A DNA stretch of 64,000 nt, taken from NCBI GenBank assembly GCA_937906775.1, contig CALCUD010000025.1, forward strand, positions 9,970-73,969. The letters run 5' to 3'. The translations under genes and the position numbers were made by a program. The notes beneath the pieces were generated by a model. It made no database searches and was not told where the DNA came from. It worked only from the letters and a program-made list of their open reading frames with translations. Origin of the DNA: an uncultured Clostridia bacterium. Its GTDB lineage: Bacteria > Bacillota > Clostridia > Christensenellales > Aristaeellaceae. Below, in pieces: positions 1 through 9,684 of the stretch. Numbering within the stretch: the first letter of the stretch is position 1; each line of letters begins with the position of its first letter.

Positions 1-2
1 CT

Positions 3-248
3 GAAAACTGCGTTGAAGATGACCCCGACATGGCGTATGAGATCCGCGAGACCGGTCTCGGCACCAAACTGGTTCTGGTAAAGAACGAAAATGATCCTTA
101 CGCGTTCATCTTCGCTTACTACCACGGCTACAGCATCAACTTCCAGATGTACCGTCAGGGTGAGAGCGCGGCCCCGATCACCGAAGAAGACATCAACGCC
201 GCTCTTGCCTTCAACACCAATTTTGATTTCATCTTCACCGAGAAGTGA
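3..248 (+). CDS. hypothetical protein, 5'-partial (runs in from left edge)
   Basis: Frame open from position 3 to TGA at 246-248; followed by a terminator hairpin. Confidence 0.7.
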   Translation, partial: ENCVEDDPDMAYEIRETGLGTKLVLVKNENDPYAFIFAYYHGYSINFQMYRQGESAAPITEEDINAALAFNTNFDFIFTEK

Positions 249-264
249 TCCCGGTTCACACAGC

Positions 265-302
265 GAACGGGCTGCCCGAATGCGGACAGCCCGTTCTTTT
301 TG
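265..302. terminator. intrinsic terminator between convergent genes
   Basis: GAACGGGCTG...CAGCCCGTTC stem followed by T-tract. Confidence 0.8.
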
Positions 303-310
303 TTCTTCCT

Positions 311-1912
311 TTATTTCTTCTCAAAGGTAAACACATTCCAGGACAACTTCGGCAAAACGGCCTTCACAGTTCCCTTTTCACATTTCGTCCCCGTCACCTT
401 TTCCGGAACGATTGCGTTGGGATTTTCCCAGGTGTTCTCCGCGTCCGGCGAATCGGCAAACAGCGTTTGATGCCCCGCGAAGCTCCATCCTTCAAAACCG
501 CGGGCGTCAAGGGTCAGTTCCTGTTCTTCCTCCCAGTCCGCGTTCAGGACGAACACGCTCATTTCATCTCCGGCTTCATTGACAGCCGCTGCGGTCTGAA
601 CATAATCCACGTTCTCAAAACCCCGGTACTGATTCATGTCGTCAATGGCATAGCCATCCACATCATAGGTTTCGCACTCCGTTACCGCCTGCAGGGAGGT
701 ACCGGACGCATAACGCATCAGCTGGGTAAAGGGATAATAGCTTGCGCCTTTCCAAACATGCTCCCGGTCGGTCATGCACAGGTCGCCGAGGCCGCCTGTC
801 GCGCAACCGATTTTGATCCGGTCCGCGTGACGCATCAGCGTCAGCAGAACGGTACAGGTTCCCAGGGTGCGAACGATTTCTCCCGCCGGCCAGACGCGGT
901 TGTCGCTCCAGTTATCCGGATCCTTATGAATATATTCCCGTTCCGGATCAAAGGAACAGAAGGTCTGCGCCGGCATCCGGCCGTTCATGCCGTAATGCGC
1001 GCCGCCGGCCGGCCGCATCATGGATCCGTACTCGTCAAAGGACAGCATCATGGTTTTTTTGACCCGCTGCCGCGTACGGATATAATCGCACAGACCGATC
1101 TCTGTGCGGATATAATCCTCAAACGCCTGATAGCCCGCCATGACTCCCGCGATATTTCCGACAGGCGCGGAATGATAATGGTGAAGAGAGATCATATCCA
1201 CCGTTTCATAGCACTGTTCCAGGACCTTCCGGTCCCAGTCCGGATAATGGCTCAGGAAGGGGGACGAGGACACGCAGGCAACCGTTTCGATACTGCCGTC
1301 CACAAACTTCATGACCTTTGAAGCTTCGTGGGCCAGAATACCGTAGCCGCGGGGATCCCTCTCCCAGGAAGCGATCTGCCACGGTCCGTCCATCTCATTC
1401 CCCAGATACCAGGTTTTCACCCCATAGGGCTTCGCATGGCCGTTCTTCGCGCGCAGATCTGACCAGTAGGTCCCTCCCGCAAAATTGGTATACTCAACAA
1501 GATCACGCGCGTCATTGAGGTTTCCTGTACCCAGATTGACCGTATACATGGCCTCTGCTCCGGTCATCTCGGCCCAGCGCAGATATTCGTCGTGGCCCAC
1601 ATCATTAGGAATATACTGAAACCAGGCGGGGTCCAGATTCGTCTTCCGCTGTTCTTTCGGGCCAATGGAATCCTTCCAGTTCCATCCGGAAACGAAGTTT
1701 CCGCCGGGAAGGCGGACAGACTTCAGGCCCGCTGATCTCAGTCCGTCGATGAAATCATGCCGAAGCCCGTACTCATCCGCGGTCGGATGCTTCGGATTGT
1801 ACATACTGCCGTTGACCATTTTCCCGATGGGTTCCAGAAAAGCGCCGAACAGTCTCGGTGAAACCGTCCCGATCCGGTAGGTCGGATGGACGGTGATCTT
1901 CGCCTTTTTCAC
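311..1912 (-). CDS. alpha-L-arabinofuranosidase, GH51
   Basis: RLPGGNFVSGWNW, YLGNEMDGPWQ (acid/base), SFDEY (nucleophile); GTG start at 1912 after AAGGAG. Confidence 0.9.
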   Translation of the reverse strand: MKKAKITVHPTYRIGTVSPRLFGAFLEPIGKMVNGSMYNPKHPTADEYGLRHDFIDGLRSAGLKSVRLPGGNFVSGWNWKDSIGPKEQRKTNLDPAWFQYIPNDVGHDEYLRWAEMTGAEAMYTVNLGTGNLNDARDLVEYTNFAGGTYWSDLRAKNGHAKPYGVKTWYLGNEMDGPWQIASWERDPRGYGILAHEASKVMKFVDGSIETVACVSSSPFLSHYPDWDRKVLEQCYETVDMISLHHYHSAPVGNIAGVMAGYQAFEDYIRTEIGLCDYIRTRQRVKKTMMLSFDEYGSMMRPAGGAHYGMNGRMPAQTFCSFDPEREYIHKDPDNWSDNRVWPAGEIVRTLGTCTVLLTLMRHADRIKIGCATGGLGDLCMTDREHVWKGASYYPFTQLMRYASGTSLQAVTECETYDVDGYAIDDMNQYRGFENVDYVQTAAAVNEAGDEMSVFVLNADWEEEQELTLDARGFEGWSFAGHQTLFADSPDAENTWENPNAIVPEKVTGTKCEKGTVKAVLPKLSWNVFTFEKK

Positions 1913-1944
1913 ATCAGATGCTCCTTCCGTTATACAGGCAGATA

Positions 1945-2841
1945 TCAAATCAGTTTTGCCTTTACTTCATCCAGGGTCGGAGGGTTCAAAGGCAGCGGAA
2001 AGCGGCTGATCGCCACCGCGGAACAGGCGCTGGCAAACCGTACCGTTTCATCATCCGTCATGCCGTTCATCAGAGCATATACGCAGCCGGCTTTGAAGGT
2101 ATCACCGGCTCCAAGCGTACTGCGTACAACGGCATCGACGGGTTTCATCCGGCGGATCGGCTGTCCCTTCCGGGCATACAGCATATCCTTTCCGCCGGAG
2201 GTAATGATGCTCAGTCCGTCGGTATTCTCCTTCAGAAGCTCCAGTACCTCTTCCTTGTCCATTCCCTTATAGTCATTCCCGAGGCACTCTTTGGAAACCA
2301 CATTGACCGCAGCGTGACGGTGCAGATAGGTATCATGGGGACAGTCGATCGTTACATAGGGTTTCCCGTACTTCACGCATAACTCCGCCGCAGTCTGGGT
2401 AGCCTCCTGAAAAAAAGGATCGATGGCGACAACATCCGCGGCCCGGATATCTTCTTCCCTCGGCATATTCCACCGGATGACGCCGGAAGCATAAAGCTGC
2501 TGGAAAGTGCCCATGGGAGTCCGGTCCAGGCCGGATATCAGGACATAATCCATCAGTCCTTCCCATTCCGGATCAAAATAAACTGAACTCAGATCAACGC
2601 CCCGGGCTTCGTAAAACGGGCGGAGCATCGGGGCTACTTCCGTGCCGATATGGGTCCCGTCCATCTTCACTTTCGCGCCCAGGGAGGAAAGTACCGTTCC
2701 GGCCGTTCCGGTTTCTCCCCCCGGCAGAAAATATTTCCGGGTAATCTCGGAATACTCGTCCGGGACCGGAAATCCGTCCTTGAGGTAAAAGGAATGTGTT
2801 CCGAGGATCTGTCCGAACAGATATACCTGCTTCATTGCCAT
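1945..2841 (-). CDS. PfkB-family carbohydrate kinase
   Basis: C-terminal STLGAGDTF motif; GGAGG RBS. Confidence 0.85.
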   Translation of the reverse strand: MAMKQVYLFGQILGTHSFYLKDGFPVPDEYSEITRKYFLPGGETGTAGTVLSSLGAKVKMDGTHIGTEVAPMLRPFYEARGVDLSSVYFDPEWEGLMDYVLISGLDRTPMGTFQQLYASGVIRWNMPREEDIRAADVVAIDPFFQEATQTAAELCVKYGKPYVTIDCPHDTYLHRHAAVNVVSKECLGNDYKGMDKEEVLELLKENTDGLSIITSGGKDMLYARKGQPIRRMKPVDAVVRSTLGAGDTFKAGCVYALMNGMTDDETVRFASACSAVAISRFPLPLNPPTLDEVKAKLI

Positions 2842-2864
2842 TCTCCTCCCTGTATACCGATCCG

Positions 2865-3578
2865 CTATTTGAGCTGTCCGAGTACTTCACCGACTTTGTC
2901 GTGGATCACCATGGAACACATTTCATCCGCGCCTGTCGCGTCCCGATTGATCAGTACCGTATGTTTTCCCCTGAAATAGCCGATCAGGCCTGCCGCGGGA
3001 TATACGGTCAGGCTGGTTCCCGCTATGATCATCAGATCCGCCTGCCGGATCGCACGGATCGCCTGTGCAACCGTTTCGTCGTCCAGCGGCTCTTCATACA
3101 GGACCACGTCCGGTTTGATGATTCCTCCGCAGGAGCATCGCGGAACCGTCTCCGTTGAATCCTGTATCACTTCGGGACCGAATTTTTTCCCGCAGGACAT
3201 GCAGGTGTTCCGCCAGATGCTCCCGTGAAGTTCAAAGACCTTTTTGCTTCCCGCCGCCTGATGAAGTCCGTCGATATTCTGGGTCACGATACCGGTCATT
3301 CTTCCTTTTGCTTCCCATTCCGCGAGTTTCAGATGAGCTTTGTTCGGTCTGGCGTTCAGCGGAAGCATCTTATCGCGGTAAAAGCGGAAAAATTCATCCG
3401 GCTGTTTTATAAAAAAAGTATGGCTCAGGATCTCTTCCGGCGGCCGGCGGTAATGCTGATGATACAACCCGTCCACGCTCCGGAAATCCGGAATGCCGCT
3501 TTCCGTGGAAACGCCGGCGCCTCCGAAAAACACGATCCTTTCGCTCTCATTCACGATACGCTGAAGTTCTTCGTACAC
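2865..3578 (-). CDS. cobB: NAD-dependent protein deacylase, Sir2 family
   Basis: GGAGVSTESGIPDFR, TQNIDGLH, HGS, CxxC...CxC zinc site, GTSL; GTG start after AAGGAGG. Confidence 0.92.
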   Translation of the reverse strand: MYEELQRIVNESERIVFFGGAGVSTESGIPDFRSVDGLYHQHYRRPPEEILSHTFFIKQPDEFFRFYRDKMLPLNARPNKAHLKLAEWEAKGRMTGIVTQNIDGLHQAAGSKKVFELHGSIWRNTCMSCGKKFGPEVIQDSTETVPRCSCGGIIKPDVVLYEEPLDDETVAQAIRAIRQADLMIIAGTSLTVYPAAGLIGYFRGKHTVLINRDATGADEMCSMVIHDKVGEVLGQLK

Positions 3579-3668
3579 CTGGCGTTCCTCCTTCGGATGA
3601 TCCGTTCCTTTCTCACGCGCCATTCACAGATGAATTCTTCTCTCCCTGCATACTCACAAACGGCGGAG

Positions 3669-4469
3669 TCATCTGTTTGGATATTCCTGCTGAAGATATT
3701 CTGTCGGAAGCATTCCGGTATTATCCCGGAACGCTTTGCGGAAGGTCTGGATACTGGTATAGCCGCATTCTCTGCTGATTTCGCTCAGCATCCTGCCGGG
3801 TTTGCGCATCAGCGCTACAGCATAACTGATCCGGATACTGTTGATCAGGCTGCGTAAAGAAGTCTGTAACTGCTCCGAAATCATATGGGAAAGATAAAAC
3901 TCATTGATTTCCAGGCCTGTGGCAATACTGCGCAGCGAAATCGGCTCCAGCGCATGATCGGCAATATACTGAAGCACTCTGGAGATCTGGGATTGTCCGG
4001 TACCGCCGCCCGTGGAGACATATGTCATCCGGTTCAGGGTCAGCGCCAGATACAGATGCAGGAACGCCTGCTGATAAGCCGCAAACTCATCCCGGGGGAT
4101 TCCGTCGTAAAGATTCATGAGGCGTCCCGCCTGTCCGCCGGTCTCTTCCGCCCGGATCACCGCTTCCTTCGGCAATGACCGTCGGAAAATATGGGAATAT
4201 TCGGCAATGGTATCCGGAGGAAAGATTGTTATCACACCGGATATATCCTCGCTCATCTCTTCATAGCTGTGCGGTATGAAGGGAAAAATCACAGCGCTGT
4301 CCCCGGTCCGGAGCGTATAGTGCTTCTGACCGATCTGCAGCGTGCAGGTTCCCCTTCGGATCATGATCGTTTCAACGACTTCATGAACATGCAGCGGAAA
4401 CGGGCGTCTCGCCATTTCCAGAGTAAATACCTTATCCCCGTGTTTTTCAAAAAAAGAACTGGCAGGCAT
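3669..4469 (-). CDS. AraC-family transcriptional regulator
   Basis: N-terminal cupin (PLHVHEVVE) and C-terminal HTH (ISRECGYTSIQTFRKAF...GMLP). Confidence 0.9.
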   Translation of the reverse strand: MPASSFFEKHGDKVFTLEMARRPFPLHVHEVVETIMIRRGTCTLQIGQKHYTLRTGDSAVIFPFIPHSYEEMSEDISGVITIFPPDTIAEYSHIFRRSLPKEAVIRAEETGGQAGRLMNLYDGIPRDEFAAYQQAFLHLYLALTLNRMTYVSTGGGTGQSQISRVLQYIADHALEPISLRSIATGLEINEFYLSHMISEQLQTSLRSLINSIRISYAVALMRKPGRMLSEISRECGYTSIQTFRKAFRDNTGMLPTEYLQQEYPNR

Positions 4470-4506
4470 GGCAACGTCTCCTTTTCTTTTGCGTAAAAGC
4501 AGAGGA

Positions 4507-5076
4507 TCACGGAATCGCGTAAATCACGATTCCAAGAACAGCTCCCACGCCGATCAGTTGAATGGAAGACAGTTTTTTCCATTTCAGGAACCCCGGCAGG
4601 TAGGCTGCCGCCGCAATTCCGACTGTAATCAGTAATGCCCGGACATCAAAAGCATTCCCGGCTGCCGGAAGCAGATTCGTGATGATCAGGTAAACGCCCA
4701 TCGCCAGGATGATCCCGATCACAGCGCTCTTCAGCGCGTCCATGACCGCGGTAACGACCGGATTTTTCAGAAAACGATCCAGAATCTTCACAACGATAAG
4801 GATGATGAAGAAAGCAGGAAGGATCGACATCAGCGTCGCTACTGCCGCGCCGATAAGCCCGGCCTGATTGGAGCCTACATATGTCGCGAGATTGACCATG
4901 ATCGGACCGGGAGTGCTTTCCGATACGGCGATCATGTCGCTGAATACGGCGTCCGTCAGCCATCCGTTTTCCAGTACGACCTCCCGGATCAGCGGAATAG
5001 CCGCGTAGGCGCCGCCAAATGAGAAGAGGCCCACTTTCAGAAAACCGATGCAGAGTTTCCAAAGGATCCCGATCAT
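4507..5076 (-). CDS. short-chain chromate-ion transporter (CHR family), subunit 2
   Basis: FSFGGAYA and ESTPGP motifs; hydrophobic. Confidence 0.9.
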   Translation of the reverse strand: MIGILWKLCIGFLKVGLFSFGGAYAAIPLIREVVLENGWLTDAVFSDMIAVSESTPGPIMVNLATYVGSNQAGLIGAAVATLMSILPAFFIILIVVKILDRFLKNPVVTAVMDALKSAVIGIILAMGVYLIITNLLPAAGNAFDVRALLITVGIAAAAYLPGFLKWKKLSSIQLIGVGAVLGIVIYAIP

Positions 5077-5657
5077 TGTTTTCGCGCCTCCTTCCCGTCA
5101 TTCCGGCCGATGAGCCATGCGACAAAGCCGACCGTTCCGGCTATCAGCAGCATAAAGATCGTGGAAAAACTCCAGCTGAAGATATTGATCAGCATCATCA
5201 CGGTAAAAGATGCGATCAGGAGTGCCATCAGCAGCGGAGTCCGCTTCATCTTTTTGACCATTTTGATGCCGGCGTTGAGAACGAGGAATCCAACGGCGAT
5301 CCGGATCCCGATAAAGGCATTGGCAACCACGCCGATCTCCAGGAAACGGTCAAGGAACATGGAAATAATGTAAATAATCATGAAACTCGGAAGCACAACC
5401 CCCAGCGTCGCCAGTACGGCCCCGGCTACGCCGGCCGTCCGGTAGCCCGCAAAAGTAGCGCAGTTGATCGCGACGGGACCCGGGGTGGATTCCGCAATGA
5501 CCGTCACATTCATCATATCGTCATGGGTGATCCAGCCTTTTTTGTCCACACAGTTTTCCTCGATCACCCCGAGCATCGCGTATCCGCCGCCAAAGGTGAA
5601 CAATCCGATCTTGAAAAATACCCGGAACAGTTCCCAAAGGATCTTTCTATTCTTCAT
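5073..5657 (-). CDS. short-chain chromate-ion transporter (CHR family), subunit 1
   Basis: FTFGGGYA and ESTPGP motifs; ATGA overlap with partner. Confidence 0.9.
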   Translation of the reverse strand: MKNRKILWELFRVFFKIGLFTFGGGYAMLGVIEENCVDKKGWITHDDMMNVTVIAESTPGPVAINCATFAGYRTAGVAGAVLATLGVVLPSFMIIYIISMFLDRFLEIGVVANAFIGIRIAVGFLVLNAGIKMVKKMKRTPLLMALLIASFTVMMLINIFSWSFSTIFMLLIAGTVGFVAWLIGRNDGKEARKQ

Positions 5658-5696
5658 TCATTTCACTCCAACTGTCATTTTCTCCCGTTTCTGTGC

Positions 5697-6389
5697 TCAT
5701 TTTCCGGCTACCGCGTCAAACAGCCCGCCCAGAGAGAAACGTTCCGTTTCCAGATCGCTGACAGGCTCCAGAATATCCCCCAGCCGGTGCGCGTCCGAGG
5801 AATGCAGCAGCCGTTTCCCGGCGATGATCTTTTCATCGACCGGCAGCGCCGGTGATACTTCAAGTACGGGAAATTCAGGTTCGGGAGGCATAAAGCCCAG
5901 ATTGACCAGCAATCCGTTCGATCCGCGGTTGATATGCGCGGGGACCGCGGCTCCCTCATGTTCCCGGATGATCCGGGTACACTCGGACAGCGTAAGATCT
6001 GTCGCGCCGATCAGGAGCCGGTCTTCCTCAGCGACCGTTTCATCATCCGTGTTCATTACAAGCTGGTTGCCAAAAAAACGGGGGTTATTCTTCATCGGGG
6101 GTAAATGTGAGGAAATGATCTCCCCGACCTCAACAGCCGCCTCCACGGACGGAAAATAGCCCAATAAGTGGACTTCCTCCTTTGTCGTGATCTCCAGTCC
6201 CGGCAGCAGGATCAGTCCGTAATGGTCTGCGGCCTCCCGGACATAAGGCAGATTCCGGGCCGTGTTGTGATCAGTCACAGCGATAGCCTGGAGTCCCTTG
6301 ATAAACGCCATTCCGCAAATGTTTGCCGGCGTCATCTCATCCTCGGCGCAGGGGGACAGGCAGGAGTGGATATGCAGATCCACCAGCAT
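5697..6389 (-). CDS. PHP-domain phosphoesterase
   Basis: DLHIHS, TDHN, AHINR, SSDAH; start MLVDLH after GGAGG. Confidence 0.88.
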   Translation of the reverse strand: MLVDLHIHSCLSPCAEDEMTPANICGMAFIKGLQAIAVTDHNTARNLPYVREAADHYGLILLPGLEITTKEEVHLLGYFPSVEAAVEVGEIISSHLPPMKNNPRFFGNQLVMNTDDETVAEEDRLLIGATDLTLSECTRIIREHEGAAVPAHINRGSNGLLVNLGFMPPEPEFPVLEVSPALPVDEKIIAGKRLLHSSDAHRLGDILEPVSDLETERFSLGGLFDAVAGK

Positions 6390-6393
6390 TCTC

Positions 6394-6747
6394 TCAGTCC
6401 TCCGTTGTTTTTCCGGGCAATCCCGCAGCCGCCAGCGCCGCGCAGATCTCATACGCGTTCAGCGCGCTGGAAAGAACATGAATTCCTTCCTCCTTCGCCT
6501 TTTCAAGCGTCGGCGCCTCCGCCGCGATCTTCTCCGGAATGATCACCGCAGCCATCTCGCTCAGGCTGGCCACCGCGATCACATTCATGTGCGTCTGCAC
6601 GGTGATCCAGGCCATACCGGGTTTACCGTGCGCCATGACCCAGCTTAACAGGTCGCACGCGTAACCGCAGGTCACCGCACGCTCCGCGGCTGCATCCGGA
6701 GTCAGATCCTCCGCCTGGATCAATTCCGCCAGTTCTTTGATCGTCAT
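6394..6747 (-). CDS. DRTGG-domain protein
   Basis: GYACDLLSWVM...WITVQTHMNVIAVA; ATG 6747 after AAGGAGG. Confidence 0.8.
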   Translation of the reverse strand: MTIKELAELIQAEDLTPDAAAERAVTCGYACDLLSWVMAHGKPGMAWITVQTHMNVIAVASLSEMAAVIIPEKIAAEAPTLEKAKEEGIHVLSSALNAYEICAALAAAGLPGKTTED

Positions 6748-6760
6748 TGATTTATCCTCC

Positions 6761-8059
6761 TTATTCACGTGTCGTCTGCGCAAGACTCACCATCTGCTGC
6801 GCCATGACTTTCAGCTGTTCCTTCATCCGGTGTATGCAGTCCATTTCCCGGGCTTCGCCCTGTACGATATCCTCCGCGAAAGTCCGGCAGGTGGGGCTCC
6901 CGCAGGAACCGCAGTCATATCCCGGAAGCGTCTTATAGATTGCCTCAATTTTTTCCATTTTTCGCATGGCCTCGACCAGATCGTCATCCAGCTTCATCGC
7001 AGAGTTCGGCATGATCCGTTTGTCAGAAAACAGGTCGTACTTTGTCATCATGCCGGAATCAACGTTGAGATCCGTTTTCAGACCGTCCCCTTTGGAAAGG
7101 CGTCGGATGGAGTTGCGGGCCACATAATTGTTTTCGAAGTTCAACGGTCCGCCGACGCAGCCGCCGGTACAGGCTGCGCCCTCGAAAAAATCAAGTCCCT
7201 GAAGTCTGTTGCTCTCGATCGCCTCAAGCACCCGGATGCAATTCTCGATCCCGTCGACCGCCATGGAATTTTCCGGACTGACGGCATAACATTCGCCGCC
7301 GCTCCGGGCCCAGCCAACACCAAAGTCGCTGGCTGTGCTCAGGGTCACATCCACCGGCGAATTCCTGATCTGGCTGGACAGCAGACCGTAAATCTCAAGC
7401 ACGGAGATGGCGCCGTCAACGCAGCTCTTTTCCTGATTGATCGGATTGCGGGTGGAGGTCACCTTTGCCGGACAGGGCGTTATAAAGAAGCAGCCGATAT
7501 CCTTTTCATCCACCCGGTGTTTCCGCGCGAAGTCGCGTTTGGCGATCATCGCAGCCACTTCCATCGGTTGGCGGACATCCACGATATGATCGATCAGATC
7601 CGGAAAGCGGACCTGGATCAGCCGTACGATAGCCGGACAGGCCGAGGAGATCACCGGGCGCGGAAGATCCGGATTCCGTAATCTCTCCCGGATCGCCCGT
7701 GTCACTACATCAGCCCCGCGCGCCACTTCATAAACATCGTCAAAACCCATCTGCTTCAGGCCGGCCAGGACCTGACTGATATGCTGAAGGTTCTTGAACT
7801 GACCGTAAAGACTGGGTGCGGGCAGCGCGATCCTGTATTTGAACTGACTGATGGAACTGAGCGGATCGGTAACAGCCACCTTCGCGTGGTAGTCGCAGAC
7901 GCGGATACATTCGCCGCAATCAATGCACCGTTCGTCAATGATATGCGCACGGCCGCCCCGGACCCGGATCGCTTCGGTAGGGCAGCGTTTAAGACAGTTC
8001 GTGCAACCCCTGCACTTATCTTTTTCCAGCCTCACGGAATGGAATCGTTTCTGTTCCAT
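6761..8059 (-). CDS. sensory-type (group D-like) [FeFe]-hydrogenase: 2x[4Fe-4S], H-domain, C-terminal Fe-S domain
   Basis: CRGCTNCLKRCP / CIDCGECIRVC; SSACP, TPCPAK, EGAACTGGCVGG; DCGSCGSPTC...C. Confidence 0.85.
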   Translation of the reverse strand: MEQKRFHSVRLEKDKCRGCTNCLKRCPTEAIRVRGGRAHIIDERCIDCGECIRVCDYHAKVAVTDPLSSISQFKYRIALPAPSLYGQFKNLQHISQVLAGLKQMGFDDVYEVARGADVVTRAIRERLRNPDLPRPVISSACPAIVRLIQVRFPDLIDHIVDVRQPMEVAAMIAKRDFARKHRVDEKDIGCFFITPCPAKVTSTRNPINQEKSCVDGAISVLEIYGLLSSQIRNSPVDVTLSTASDFGVGWARSGGECYAVSPENSMAVDGIENCIRVLEAIESNRLQGLDFFEGAACTGGCVGGPLNFENNYVARNSIRRLSKGDGLKTDLNVDSGMMTKYDLFSDKRIMPNSAMKLDDDLVEAMRKMEKIEAIYKTLPGYDCGSCGSPTCRTFAEDIVQGEAREMDCIHRMKEQLKVMAQQMVSLAQTTRE

Positions 8060-8080
8060 AGTCGTTCCGACCCTCCCGGA

Positions 8081-8509
8081 TTATTCTTTCAGGGAAAATT
8101 TCATAGTAATGGTGGTACCGACCCCCATCTCGCTCCGGATATCAAACTCAGAGGCATTTCTTTTCATGTTCGGCAGTCCCATACCGGCGCCGAAGCCCAT
8201 GGTCCGGGCCTCCTCGTTGGCCGTGGAGTAACCCTCCGTCATAGCCTGTTCAATATTGGGGATCCCCGGTCCGACATCTGCGGAAATCAGCGTCACATTC
8301 TCCGGATCGACGGTCAGCGTCAGCTTTCCTCCCAGAGAGTGGATCACCAGATTCAGCTCCACCTCATAGCAGGCAACCGACACGCGCCGGAGGGTCTCCG
8401 CATTGACGCCGAGCTGTTTCAGCGTGCGTTTGATGGTGGTGGACGCTTCGCCCGCCGTGGTAAAGGCCCCTGCCTCGACCGGAAAGCTTTTTTCCAGCAA
8501 TACAGCCAT
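8081..8509 (-). CDS. anti-sigma regulatory factor / RsbT-like Ser/Thr kinase (HATPase_c)
   Basis: YEVELNLVIH (N box), DVGPGI (G1), GFGAGMGL (G2), GVGT. Confidence 0.88.
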   Translation of the reverse strand: MAVLLEKSFPVEAGAFTTAGEASTTIKRTLKQLGVNAETLRRVSVACYEVELNLVIHSLGGKLTLTVDPENVTLISADVGPGIPNIEQAMTEGYSTANEEARTMGFGAGMGLPNMKRNASEFDIRSEMGVGTTITMKFSLKE

Positions 8510-8511
8510 AA

Positions 8512-8883
8512 TCACTGTCCCCCTTCCGCCTGGCGGTGGCTTTTCGTCCCGGGCAAACCGTGAACATACAGCTCGCCGCAGGCTGTATAGGTTGTCATCG
8601 GCGTGGACAGAACCGTTATATCCACTTCATCCGCCATATCGAGGATTTCCTGGCCCGGGATTTTTCCCCGGGAGAAAACGATACAGGTAATATCAAGCAT
8701 CTCAGCTGTCCGGATCACCTGCGGATTGATCAGGCCGGTGATCAGAACTGCCTTTTCCTTGACAAAAGCGAGCACATCGCTCATCAGATCGGAGCCGCAG
8801 GCTGTGTCAACCGGGCGGTCAAGCCTTTCTTCCCCAATCAGTACTTTCCCGCCAATAATGGTCATAACATCACGGATTGTCAT
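8512..8883 (-). CDS. DRTGG-domain protein
   Basis: ACGSDLMSDVL...LITGL.N.QVIRTAEM. Confidence 0.8.
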   Translation of the reverse strand: MTIRDVMTIIGGKVLIGEERLDRPVDTACGSDLMSDVLAFVKEKAVLITGLINPQVIRTAEMLDITCIVFSRGKIPGQEILDMADEVDITVLSTPMTTYTACGELYVHGLPGTKSHRQAEGGQ

Positions 8884-8898
8884 AAATCGTTCCTCATT

Positions 8899-9684
8899 TC
8901 ACTTTGGATTGGATCCGTCCGGTTCTTTTCCGACGCAGAAACCGCGCGTTTTGTTTACGGTGCGCTCGACCGCGTCGCGGCTGTTCTTCCAGTCTTCCTT
9001 TTCATATCGGTAATCAAACTTTTTGATGAACCAGGAAATATCCTCCTGGATCCTGTCCAGATTCGAACTTTCATTTTCGGAAAGATCAATAATGAACTCT
9101 CCCGCCTCACGCGCGTTCAGCTCATTGGTCGCAGCGCACAGCAGCCGTCCCAGATGCGGCAGACAGACGCCTTTATTTTCCCTGAAGCGGCGGCGGAATT
9201 CCGCGTCATTTTTCCACAGATGGAAGAACGTATGCAGATAGCGGTCCATATTTTCCTGAATCGTATCGCACATAACGCAGGATCCGGCCATCTCGCCGAC
9301 GGATTCCGCCTGTTTCAGGATGATATCTGTCGCGGCCTTCACTTTGCCGTTCACTTTATCGCCCAGACCGGCGTTCTTCAGCAATTCGCCCGCTTTCCGA
9401 AGTTCCCGGAACGGCTTTGCAAGGCGCTCCCGGTTTTCGATCATATGGCTTTCCAGCATCAGCGCGTGACCGAGACGGTTGCTCATCGAATAGAGCATCG
9501 CGTGATGACGCCGGCAGAAGCCCCGTTCATTGACCCGGACGCGGATGTCCGGTTCCATGACGGACGCACCGAGATAGCGTTCCGCTTCCCCCAGCTCTGT
9601 CTTCCGTTCCAGCGCGCAAAGCAGGCACTCGCCGTCAAGCTTTGCGGCGTCCCATACGGGAATCGTGTCGATATGATATTTCAT
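8899..9684 (-). CDS. conserved hypothetical protein, DUF6062-like, with two Cys/His clusters
   Basis: ECLLC...GFCRRH and SCVMC...GVCLPH; FIKKFDYRY tail. Confidence 0.7.
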   Translation of the reverse strand: MKYHIDTIPVWDAAKLDGECLLCALERKTELGEAERYLGASVMEPDIRVRVNERGFCRRHHAMLYSMSNRLGHALMLESHMIENRERLAKPFRELRKAGELLKNAGLGDKVNGKVKAATDIILKQAESVGEMAGSCVMCDTIQENMDRYLHTFFHLWKNDAEFRRRFRENKGVCLPHLGRLLCAATNELNAREAGEFIIDLSENESSNLDRIQEDISWFIKKFDYRYEKEDWKNSRDAVERTVNKTRGFCVGKEPDGSNPK

